Assembly: GCA_016215345.1 (NCBI GenBank)
Contig: JACRKD010000012.1
Location: forward strand, 1-36,227
Direction: 5' to 3'
Source of the DNA: Candidatus Vogelbacteria bacterium
Lineage (GTDB): Bacteria; Patescibacteriota; Minisyncoccia; Phycocordibacterales; UBA12445
DNA length: 36,227 nucleotides
How positions within the stretch are numbered: position 1 is the first letter of the stretch; every line of letters begins with the position of its first letter. Below the pieces are notes generated by a model. That model was not told where the DNA came from. It worked only from the letters and a program-made list of their open reading frames with translations, and did no database searches. A program made the position numbers and the translations under genes. Below are positions 27,508 through 36,227 of the stretch, piece by piece.

Positions 27508-28440
27508 TTATCTTACATCCGTGCGGTCTAAAATTTTGAAACCATCCATAATGGCTTCACAAAGAAAATCCTCCAATTGGCTCTGGTCTTCTTTTGTTTG
27601 AGCTTTATAGAGATACGTGTAATAAAGCTTTTTCTGTTCCTGGCGAATTATCGCAGGAGCGAAATTTGCGCCAAGTAGCATTGCATTCATAAGTAAACGA
27701 CCAACACGGCCGTTTCCATCTCCGAATGGGTGAATCTGTTCAAACTTACTATGCACGCCAGCCGATAAAGAGATAATGTCTTGGGTTTTTTCAGTAATAC
27801 GAGCCATAACCTCTGAGATAAGTTTTGGAACACTCATATAATTTGCTGTTGGCAAATTAACACCGGTAATTCTGACGGCGTGATTACGATAAACACCAGC
27901 ATCCGGACGAACGCCATTCATGAGAATGCTGTGGAGTTTAAGCACAAGAGCTTCGTCAACTTTTTCTTTCTTAGCAATATTATCAAATAAATAATTCAAG
28001 GCCGTCTGGTGATTTTTTGCCTCTAGTTGTTCAGTCAAGCTTTTATTTGGCAAAGCTGCGTTGTCAAAAAGAATAGCCGCAGTATCGGGTTCGGTTAGAG
28101 CACTGCCCTCAATGCTGTTGCTGTGATAAGTAAGTTTCAAAATAAACTGATCACGAATATCTGGACTAGCCAAAATTTCATTTATAACACTTTTATGTTC
28201 TCCTGATTTTTGCCCCAGAGCTTGTTTTTTGGCCGTCAATTGATCAGAGGAAATTGTTTTCTGTCCGGTTACTTCCAAAAAAAGGTTGTCAATTAAAGCC
28301 TGCATTTTGGGTCGTGGATTGGATTTGCCGGTCCACCAACTGTTGAAAGCGGCAAAAGAAACGCCAAACCTTAAAGCCAGCTTGGTCTGGGTTAGCCCCA
28401 ACATTTTTTGAATTATCTCCAATTTTTGACGGGTATTCAT
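27508..28440 (-). CDS. Fic family protein with an N-terminal XRE-type HTH
   Basis: HTH LTQTKLA..FGVS....N.W..G; inhibitory motif SNSIEGS; catalytic HPFGDGNGRVGR. Confidence 0.92.
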   Translation of the reverse strand: MNTRQKLEIIQKMLGLTQTKLALRFGVSFAAFNSWWTGKSNPRPKMQALIDNLFLEVTGQKTISSDQLTAKKQALGQKSGEHKSVINEILASPDIRDQFILKLTYHSNSIEGSALTEPDTAAILFDNAALPNKSLTEQLEAKNHQTALNYLFDNIAKKEKVDEALVLKLHSILMNGVRPDAGVYRNHAVRITGVNLPTANYMSVPKLISEVMARITEKTQDIISLSAGVHSKFEQIHPFGDGNGRVGRLLMNAMLLGANFAPAIIRQEQKKLYYTYLYKAQTKEDQSQLEDFLCEAIMDGFKILDRTDVR

Positions 28441-28455
28441 AATAAGCAAATTTAA

Positions 28456-28523
28456 TTTGTAATATATACTATATTACAAAACTTTATAAAGTTATGCAAA
28501 ATTACAGAACTTTATAAAGTTAT
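28456..28523. promoter_or_regulatory. Palindrome cluster upstream of the HTH-Fic gene (candidate operators)
   Basis: AACTTTATAAAGTT, a perfect palindrome, occurs at 28480-28493 and 28508-28521; TTTGTAATATA-TAC-TATATTACAAA at 28456-28480. Confidence 0.65.
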
Positions 28524-28649
28524 AGATATAAAAAATCAGTAGCACAAAAATAGGCAACAAAAAACTGTGCTGGATATTATCCACACAGTAATATAATCAG
28601 AGTTAGAATTGTACTTTTTCTTACACACAACAAGCCCCTTCTTATAACT

Positions 28650-28724
28650 TGGGGTGCCCAGAGAGGATCGAACTCTCGTGGCCGCCTCCACAGGGCGGAG
28701 CTTTACCTCTAAGCTATGGGCACC
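28650..28724 (-). tRNA. tRNA-His (GTG)
   Basis: Cloverleaf with G-1, acceptor GTGCCCA/TGGGCAC, anticodon arm CCGCC-CTGTGGA-GGCGG, TTCGA T-loop, C73 and encoded CCA. Confidence 0.96.
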
Positions 28725-28754
28725 ATTACTTTTATACTAAATATAAAATACTCA

Positions 28755-29313
28755 CTATTTATAATTCGGCGACTCTTCAGTTATACCAGATTTTGCGTTT
28801 GAAAGTCTAGCTAGAGCATAGAGGAGACTCGAGAGACGATTCATAAAAGAGAGAGCCTCGGCTGAAATCTTGGATGGACCCTCATCGGACACCGCGATCA
28901 CTCGCCTTTCGGCCCTACGAGCCAAGGTTCTGCCAAAATCAAACGTCGCAGATATCTCATCTCCACCGGCTATAAAAAAAGTTTTAATTGGCGGTAAGAC
29001 TTTTTCAATATTATCAATAATCCCTTCCATTATTGTGATCTTAGATCCATCCATCACCTTACTAGCACCCGCAACCTGTGCCTGAATTATAAAAAGGTTC
29101 TCTTGTATCCAATGAGTTAATTCTCCAAAAGTTTTAAACTGCGATCCAACACCTAAATCAAGCTTCGCCGACTTCACCTTACAAATTCCCAAAAAAGAAT
29201 CGAGCTCATCTAGAGTGCCCAAAGCCTCTGCCACGGCCGAACTTTTTGAAATCCTCTGGTCACAACCGAAGGTCTGTGTCGTCCCCCCCGTCCCCTTTCC
29301 TTGTATATAACAT
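28755..29313 (-). pseudogene. PduO-type cob(I)alamin adenosyltransferase, frameshifted in a G7 run
   Basis: MLYTRKGD-GG-TT... joins RISK....EALGTLDELDS, IQ..LF, RT.ARRAER, NRLS..L..LAR if one G is removed from 29283-29289. This may be a sequencing error. Confidence 0.85.
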
Positions 29314-29378
29314 GCAAAATACTATATCACGCTTTAACTATTTTGTAAAATCTAACTAAAATTGACGCCCAAGAACAT

Positions 29379-32076
29379 TTAAACTAATTTCCTTCGGTAA
29401 AAAAATTTCTGATCTCCTCCACGACGATAATCGATCCGGCGACCGGAATGACGATAAGCCACTCTGAAACCGACAGTGGTACCGTGTGTAATATTCCCTG
29501 CAAAAATGGGTGTGTGTAAAGCAGAAAGCTGTAATAACATGACAATCACAGTAGCCACAATCAGAAACTTATTGGACAATGGATTCATCTGCAATATAGA
29601 TCTACTTTCAGATCTACAATTCCATGCGTTAAGCCACTGAAAAACAGCAAGGACCGTAAGAGACATCGTCCATGCCTTTGTCATATCGTCCGCGATATAA
29701 TACCTAAATATAAATAACGTGCCAACCGCCATAGGTAACGCCATAAAAAATATTCTCTTCGCCATAAGTTCGTCCACGATCCATTTCTTAGGACGCTCAA
29801 ACCTTCCGCGCATGAGCCCACTCTCCTTGGGCTCCATAGCAAGCGCGACATTGAGAAAACCATCGGTAACAAAGTTGAGCCAGATAATTTGCGCGGCGAC
29901 CAGAGGTAGCGGGTATCCTAAAACAAGCGCGCCGGTAATCACTAATACTTCCCCCATACTCGTGGAGAAAAGATATAAAAATAACTTTTTTGATTGTCTT
30001 ATAAATTCCCCGCCCCTCTTCAGCCGCAGAAACTATCCCAGCGAAGTTGTCATCGAGAAGAACTATATCTGAAGCCTCCTTTGCCACCTCGGTACCAATT
30101 TTCCCCATCGCAACACCGAGATCAGCAGCCACAAGAGATGGGGCATCGTTGACTCCATCCCCTGTCATGGCCACAACTTCTCCTCGGCTACGGAAGGCCT
30201 CTATAATCCGCATCTTATGAGCCGGTGAAACTCGCGCAAAAACACTCGCGTGAACAAGTTTCCTGGCCAGCTCTTCACTGGAGACTCTATCAACATCCTC
30301 ACCCGTAAGAACAATGTCGCCTTGTCGCCAGATATCAGCCTCCTTCGCAATGGCTTCTGCTGTCAAACTATGATCTCCGGTAATCATAACAACACGCATA
30401 CCAGCGTCTTTAACTTTTTTCATTGCTTCCCTAACCTCCGAGCGAAGCGCGTCACTCATGCCAAAAAATCCTACGAATGTAAGCGGGGGTGGAGCAAGTG
30501 GGTTGATACTTCTTTCAACGCCGGAATTCATAGCATACGCCATAACCCGAAAGCCACCCTTAGCTAGTTTGTGAAAAACGGCCTTAAGTTCTTTACGTCG
30601 ATCTTCGCTTAGAAGCAAAACCCCATCCCTCCCGTCCGGACTCGATGAAGCTGGATGCCAAATATTTTTACAAAGTTCCATGACATTTTCCGGCGCCCCG
30701 ACAACCGTAAGGAAATTGTTGTCTCCAACTGAATGAACCGTCGCATGATATTTTCTACTGTAGTCAAAGGGTAGTTCAAAAATCTTCGGCGACTCATCTT
30801 CTAGCACATTATGGTGAAATCCGACTTTTTCTGAAAATACTAGCATGGCGGCTTCGGTAGGGTCTCCGATAATCTTCCAGCTGTCAGTTTCTTTTATAAA
30901 AGAAGATCTGGCATTAGCGCAAAAGGCTGCGATCTTACCGCTAAAGAGGAGTTCGAGATGATTCAACGGATCAATAACCTTGCCTTCAAAAACAATCTCC
31001 CCTTTTGGTTCATAACCATTTCCAGTAATTTCAAAAATTTTACCGTCGACGTACACGCGCTGGAGAACCATCTCGTTTCGCGTAAGTGTTCCTGTCTTAT
31101 CTACGGCGATAATCTTTGTTTGTCCTAAAGCTTCCACCGCCTGAAGGCGCTTTACGAGAACATTCGGCTAACGCCATTTGCTAAAACTAAAGTCGTAACG
31201 ATGGGCAATCCTTCCGGAATTATAGACACGGCAAGCGCGACAGCGACAGTAAACATCTCTCTTAATGATTCACCCGAAAGAATCCCAGCGGCTATCAAAA
31301 CAGTACTGATAATACCGACAGCAATTATAATAAGACGGGGTAAATAATGAATATTGGTTTTCAGGGGAATCTCGGTGTCAATTGAAGAAATCTCCACCGC
31401 TATTTTCCCAATTTCCGTGTCCAGTCCGGTCGCGACCACAACTGCGCTACCGTTTCCGCTCAAAACGTTGGTACCCTTGAACACCATGTTCTTCTGATCT
31501 GCAACGGGGACATTACCACTCGATGCGGCCGGAATAGTCAGTTCCGTTTTGGTTACGGGCTCCGATTCCCCCGTTAAGCTCGCTTCATCAACTTTAAGGG
31601 TACTCGCAAATATAACACGCGCATCAGCCGGGACCTTCTCTCCTTCCCGCAACACAATAATATCTCCGGGCACAACTTCTTTATCTAAAACCGTGATGTC
31701 TTTATCATCTCGCAGTATCGTTGCCGAAGTCTCTGTAAAGTTCTTCAAGGCGAGGAGGGTGTTTTGCGCCCGAACCCTCCCATACCGTACCAACAACAGC
31801 ATTAAAAATGAGCACCGTGAAAATTATGGAGGCATCTACAGTTTCTCCCATGGCCAAAATAGTACCCGCCGCAAGGAATAGAATATAAATAAGAGGACTC
31901 TGAAACTGACGAAAAAAGATAACAAAAACACTGTCCACCTTACCTTCGGGTAGTTTGTTTAATCCGTATTCCTTCAGACGCAGAGCTACTTCCTCGCTCG
32001 TCAAACCGCCTTCACGCGAACGAAGCTTCCCAAGAACATCGAGGGGCGTTCCCGCATACCATGGAATTTGTTGCAT
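29379..32076 (-). pseudogene. Type IIA (Ca2+-like) P-type ATPase broken by about five indels
   Basis: Consecutive fragments carry GLT.EE...RL..YG.N, LTGES, IPEGLP, DKTGT, MITGD, TGDGVNDAP and QIIWLN.VTD. Confidence 0.9.
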
Positions 32077-32188
32077 AAACTATAACTACAATAATACAAC
32101 TACAAGAAGGCTGTTACAAATAAAAAACAGAGGGAAACTGTAATGTTCCTCGTAACAAAGTTCTAATCCAGATCATTGAGTTCCTTAC

Positions 32189-32275
32189 TGGTGCGCGAGG
32201 GGAGATTTGAACTCCCATAGCCTTGCGGCCGCTACCACCTCAAGGTAGTGCGTCTACCAATTTCGCCACCCGCGC
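32189..32275 (-). tRNA. tRNA-Leu (GAG)
   Basis: GCGCGGG acceptor, anticodon arm CTACC-TTGAGGT-GGTAG, long variable arm, TTCAA T-loop, ACCA end. Confidence 0.96.
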
Positions 32276-32319
32276 ATACCTATACAATATACTCGAAAAG
32301 AGTTTTATTTCAATAAATT

Positions 32320-32742
32320 TTATTCTGTCTCTTTTTTGTCCTCTGACATCGCCTCGTCATTCGCCTCCTCCATCTTAACTGTCCTCCTCATTTTTCGGCT
32401 AATTTCTTTCTGGGCCTTTGTGTGAACGTAATAGAGCTTAGCTCTTCTTACTCGGGATCTTTTCTTTATTTCGATCGTGTCGATAACTGGTGAGTATAAC
32501 GGAAAAATTCTTTCCATACCGACGCCACTCGCCACCTTTCTAACAGTAAAAGTACCTCCCGCCTCATTTCCATGCTTCCTAGCGATAACTAAACCTTCGT
32601 AATCTTGTATACGGGTCTTAATCTTGTCCTTGTCTTTTTCTTTGATTTTAACCGAAACAATCACAGTATCACCTGATTTTATGTTCAGTTTCTGTCTTTT
32701 CTCCATGTCCACCGGAGAGATTTGAATATTTCCAAATTTCAT
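32320..32742 (-). CDS. rplS: 50S ribosomal protein L19
   Basis: GDTV.V..KI.E, RIQ.YEG.VI, TFTVRK..SGVG.ERIFP..SP, VRRAKLYY. Confidence 0.97.
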   Translation of the reverse strand: MKFGNIQISPVDMEKRQKLNIKSGDTVIVSVKIKEKDKDKIKTRIQDYEGLVIARKHGNEAGGTFTVRKVASGVGMERIFPLYSPVIDTIEIKKRSRVRRAKLYYVHTKAQKEISRKMRRTVKMEEANDEAMSEDKKETE

Positions 32743-32822
32743 AGTAGATCAAAACTATCATAAAGCTTGGCAGAAGTAAATAGACTAACTACAACCTTGG
32801 AAGGATTAAAATAATTTATTTT

Positions 32823-33107
32823 TTATAACCCAAAAAGGTCCACATGACTTCCCATATTAACCAAGACGAGAATCAATATTTCATTTTTTATTTCGTACAC
32901 GAGTAAAACATCCGGCGCGATATGACACTCTCGAAATTGTTGTAAATATCCATTGAGCCGGTGGTCACGACAATTCTCCGGAAGTGGTTTACCAGATTGC
33001 AAAATAGCAATAATCTCATTAAGTTTTCCGAGTTTAAAATTTTTACGCCCACTAAATCGACGGAAGGCCTTTCGATACTGTTTGGTCGTAACTATTCCGT
33101 AAATCAT
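32823..33107 (-). CDS. YafQ family toxin
   Basis: RDH.L.G.....RECHI.PD.LLVY, GSH.DLF. Confidence 0.92.
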   Translation of the reverse strand: MIYGIVTTKQYRKAFRRFSGRKNFKLGKLNEIIAILQSGKPLPENCRDHRLNGYLQQFRECHIAPDVLLVYEIKNEILILVLVNMGSHVDLFGL

Positions 33108-33113
33108 GCGGGG

Positions 33114-33398
33114 TTAATCTTCCGAAGACAGAATCTCCTCGTGCATCTTAAGAATGTCCTTATACCGTTTACCATTTCTCACAGCCCCTTCTGTTTCCCT
33201 AAGTATTTCCTGTTCCTGTCGTATTGTAAAACCATTGGCCGTACGAAGATCGAGGGGGACCGATTGTGTTATCGCAATGTTATGAAGAAAGAGCTTAAGT
33301 CCCGACGAGAGATCGAGCCCAATTTCTTCAAGGGTTTTCTTGGCCTCCCGCTTAATTCTCGAATCAATACGAATTTGAATGGTTGTTTGCATATTCAT
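33114..33398 (-). CDS. RelB/DinJ family antitoxin
   Basis: IQIRID..IK.EA..TLEEIGLDLS...KLFL..I.....VP.DL. Confidence 0.92.
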   Translation of the reverse strand: MNMQTTIQIRIDSRIKREAKKTLEEIGLDLSSGLKLFLHNIAITQSVPLDLRTANGFTIRQEQEILRETEGAVRNGKRYKDILKMHEEILSSED

Positions 33399-33404
33399 GC
33401 CTAT

Positions 33405-33432
33405 AGTTTACCCAATGTAATGACATTGTCAA
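33405..33432 (-). promoter_or_regulatory. dinJ-yafQ promoter with a palindromic operator
   Basis: TTGACA-16 bp-TAAACT; inverted repeat CAATGT-N4-ACATTG (33413-33428) in the spacer. Confidence 0.75.
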
Positions 33433-33448
33433 TACATAAAAATTTAAT

Positions 33449-34156
33449 TTAACCACGAAGTTTAGCAAGAGTTTTATCCATATCAGCAGGGAGCGGAGCG
33501 TCTATTTTGATAGGCCCGCCATTCGGCAACTTGAATTCTATGGACGAAGCATGGAGCGCTTGCCTTTTCATTCCATCCGGACAGACCTTATCTTTGGCAT
33601 AAAGAGAATCGCAGGCGACTGGATGACTTATGGCTTTTAGATGAACCCTTAATTGATGTGTTCTTCCTGTTTTCGGTCTAAGCTCCACCAAAGAATAATC
33701 CTTAAATTTGTCTACCACCTTATAGTAAGTTAGGGCCTCTTTCATCTCTCCCCTAGCAGATGCGCCGGTACTCTTCATTCTAAAATCCCCCTTGTTTCTT
33801 CCTATGGGCTTATCTATAATTCCACGATCATCTTTCGGGTGCCCATAGACAATCGCATGATAAACTTTTTGAATCTTTCTTTCTTTAAAAATTTTTTTCA
33901 AATATTCGTAAGCCTGCTGATTTTTCGCGAGAACCAAGACACCGGTTGTGTCTGCATCAAGTCGATGAACAATCCCCGGCCTATTGAGGGAAGACTCTCC
34001 CACTTCTATCATCTCTGGATGTCGCTCGAGAATCCAATCAGTTAACGTATAGTTCATACTTTTGAAATCCGCGTGTACAGCAAGTCCCGCCGGCTTATTT
34101 ATGGCCAGAATATTGTTGTCTTCGTATAGAATGTCTATCTTCGGTTCTTTCTTCAT
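33449..34156 (-). CDS. RluA family pseudouridine synthase without an S4 domain
   Basis: NKPAGL.VH, GIVHRLD..TTG, TGRTHQLRVH, LHA. Confidence 0.95.
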   Translation of the reverse strand: MKKEPKIDILYEDNNILAINKPAGLAVHADFKSMNYTLTDWILERHPEMIEVGESSLNRPGIVHRLDADTTGVLVLAKNQQAYEYLKKIFKERKIQKVYHAIVYGHPKDDRGIIDKPIGRNKGDFRMKSTGASARGEMKEALTYYKVVDKFKDYSLVELRPKTGRTHQLRVHLKAISHPVACDSLYAKDKVCPDGMKRQALHASSIEFKLPNGGPIKIDAPLPADMDKTLAKLRG

Positions 34157-34194
34157 GCGCCCTTAGACTACATCTTACTTAACCCGACCACAAA

Positions 34195-35313
34195 TCAAGA
34201 CTTCAGCGCCTCTATTCCCGGCAATATACCATCAGCCAAAAAATCTAGCATGGCGCCGCCACCGGTAGACACGAACGTGAATTTTTCTAAAAGTCCGAGA
34301 CTTTTTATGGATGCAATCGTATCTCCACCACCGACAATGGAAGTCGCGCCAGATCTGGATATCATATTGGCCAAGTCCGCCGTCGTACCAGCAAATCCCT
34401 TTTCATAATTACCCATAGGGCCGTTCCAAAGAATGAACTTGGCAACAGAAATTTCTTTTTCAAGCAAAGATACAGTAGCCGGACCAACATCCAGCATATT
34501 GTCTCCCGACAACACCTCATCTATTCTCTTTATAGAATCAACCAGATTGTTGCGGACATTAACGTCTACCGGCAAAATAACTTTCGAACTGTCTTTGACA
34601 AAACTTAAATCTAAATCAGTCTGATCCGCAAGCGATACTCCGACCTCTAGCCCCATAAACTTAAAAACTGTATTTGACAAAGCTCCACCAATGAAAACCT
34701 TATCGGCTATATCAACAAATTTTTTAACAAGTTTAATTTTGGTCTCAAACTTCGTGCCACCAACGATAAAAAGGAAAGGGCGACTCGGATTAAAAGCCAG
34801 CGAAAGGTTTTTTACCTCACTCTCAGCCAAAAGCCCGATAAAGCCCGGCAAAAGTTTTGGGACAGAAACAATTGAAGCATGCGTACGGTGCATAACCGCG
34901 AATGCGTCATCCACATATAAATCAGCCAAAGAGGCAAGACCTTTGGCAAAAATTTCGTCATCTAAAACTTCTCCGGGATTTTGTCTTAAGTTCTCGAGCA
35001 TAACGGCCTCGCCGTTCTTGAGATTATCTATTCCCTCCAGAACGACAATGTTTTTTGGATCAGCAGGCAAAAGCCTTGCCTTAAGATACTCCGCGACAGG
35101 GAAAAGAGTCTCACCGGGGTTTTCGCCAATATGACTAATTATAATAACCTTAGCGCCTTTATTTTTAAGATAATTTATAGTCGGCAGAGATTTAACAATC
35201 CGAAAATCATCAAATACCTTACCATTTTTTATCGGGACATTTAAATCAAGCCTAAGTAAAACCCTCTTGCCGGAAATAATACCGATATCCTCCAATAATC
35301 TCGGGATAGCCAT
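34195..35313 (-). CDS. pgk: Phosphoglycerate kinase
   Basis: R.DLNVP, LENLR, DAF...HR.HAS, WNGPMG, GGGDT, STGGGA. Confidence 0.97.
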   Translation of the reverse strand: MAIPRLLEDIGIISGKRVLLRLDLNVPIKNGKVFDDFRIVKSLPTINYLKNKGAKVIIISHIGENPGETLFPVAEYLKARLLPADPKNIVVLEGIDNLKNGEAVMLENLRQNPGEVLDDEIFAKGLASLADLYVDDAFAVMHRTHASIVSVPKLLPGFIGLLAESEVKNLSLAFNPSRPFLFIVGGTKFETKIKLVKKFVDIADKVFIGGALSNTVFKFMGLEVGVSLADQTDLDLSFVKDSSKVILPVDVNVRNNLVDSIKRIDEVLSGDNMLDVGPATVSLLEKEISVAKFILWNGPMGNYEKGFAGTTADLANMISRSGATSIVGGGDTIASIKSLGLLEKFTFVSTGGGAMLDFLADGILPGIEALKS

Positions 35314-35316
35314 AGA

Positions 35317-36078
35317 CTAAATAGAATTTGCGACAGCGATAACCATTAAAAACTTCTCACTGCTTAGACTGTCCCTACCGACCAAAAGTCCATCAACACC
35401 GGAAAGACGCAACATAGCGTCAGTATTGTTTTTATCTACCGAACCGCCGTAAACTATAGGCACCTTAAACGAATAATCTCTGCCAAACATTTCCACCAAA
35501 ATTTTCTTCAGAAACAGCGCCACCTCCAAAACACTCTCGGGAGTCGGATAACCACTGGCGTTCTTGCCTACCGCCCAGACTGGCTCGTAGGCAATTATCA
35601 AACTCCTCAAGTCTTCTCTTTTAATCTTCGAAAGCCCCGCCGTGATTTCATTACGTAAAAAATTCAAATACTCTCCAGCCTCATCCCTGAATCGTTCCCC
35701 AACGCAAAACACAATCTTGAGACCGGCCTTAACCGCGGATTTTATTTTTTTACTGATTAATTCATCGTCTTCTCCGAGTACCCTTCTCTCCGAATGGCCG
35801 ACAATAACGTATTGCACGCCAAGGTTTTTAAGCTGTAAAGGAGAAACCTCCCCGGTATAAGGACCCATCTCATCAAAAAAACAATTTTCAGCGCCTAAGG
35901 ACACACTATTCAGCTTCAAATTATTGATGGATTCTAAAAAAACTGCCGGCACGCACACCACAACAGAAACTTTCTTGAAATGCTTTACTCCGGAAGCTAC
36001 TTCAGAAAAAATTGCCATAGCGTCTTTCCTTGTTGCCGGATTCATCTTCCAATTACCGATAATTATTTTTTTAGCCAT
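35317..36078 (-). CDS. tpiA: Triosephosphate isomerase
   Basis: GNWKMN, TGEVS, GHSERR, AYEPVWA, YGGSV. Confidence 0.97.
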   Translation of the reverse strand: MAKKIIIGNWKMNPATRKDAMAIFSEVASGVKHFKKVSVVVCVPAVFLESINNLKLNSVSLGAENCFFDEMGPYTGEVSPLQLKNLGVQYVIVGHSERRVLGEDDELISKKIKSAVKAGLKIVFCVGERFRDEAGEYLNFLRNEITAGLSKIKREDLRSLIIAYEPVWAVGKNASGYPTPESVLEVALFLKKILVEMFGRDYSFKVPIVYGGSVDKNNTDAMLRLSGVDGLLVGRDSLSSEKFLMVIAVANSI

Positions 36079-36090
36079 ATAAATACTAAA

Positions 36091-36227
36091 TCAACAACCC
36101 CGCGGCAAGCCGACGAGGTATGGTCTGAGGCATGACCTAAACGAATAATCTAAGCTGACGTGGTTCCTCTGACCTCGTCTTTCCTTGATTGGCGACATAT
36201 CTTTCGACCGCTTTCCAATCTCCCCGC
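36091..36227 (-). mobile_element. 3' end of an IS200/IS605-family element: TnpA (Y1) C-terminus and right-end hairpin, truncated by the window edge
   Basis: Minus strand 36226-36137 translates RGDWKAVERYVANQGKTRSEEPRQLRLFV*, containing the catalytic Y-x3-Q helix and a QLxLF tail. It is followed by the hairpin ACCTCGTCGGC-TT-GCCGCGGGGT (36119-36097). Confidence 0.8.

Noticed and set aside
25200-28724. Intact tRNA-His-integrated element or prophage
   Set aside because: No integrase or phage genes, and only a 7-bp candidate att duplication

Overview
The window is most consistent with a Patescibacteria/Parcubacteria (CPR)-type chromosome segment. This is inferred from the gene repertoire and protein style and was not checked by a search. 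Most genes are on the minus strand. From left to right it contains: a probable IS701-like transposase 5' end, lemA and a three-gene orphan cassette. Next come a bifunctional PGI/PMI, DsbA-VKOR and two secreted Thr/Gly/Ser-rich surface proteins. A five-gene glycosyltransferase/DedA/sphingomyelin-synthase-like lipid-modification operon follows. A roughly 12 kb CsoR-headed copper island comes next, with copA, two CupA-like cupredoxins and many uncharacterised Cys/Met/His-rich membrane proteins, interrupted by a 2.9 kb unrelated block. Type II TA pairs follow, one of them decayed, then an AEP(TOTE-like)-SF2 helicase plus HTH-Fic island beside tRNA-His. The right part holds frameshifted PduO and Ca-type P-ATPase genes, tRNA-Leu, rplS, dinJ-yafQ, an RluA-family gene, pgk, tpiA and the 3' end of an IS200/IS605 transposase. 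The best candidates for undescribed biology are the lipid head-group remodelling operon and the expanded copper regulon. Many genes appear to be leaderless. Several indels in homopolymers suggest consensus sequencing errors, so pseudogene calls are provisional.
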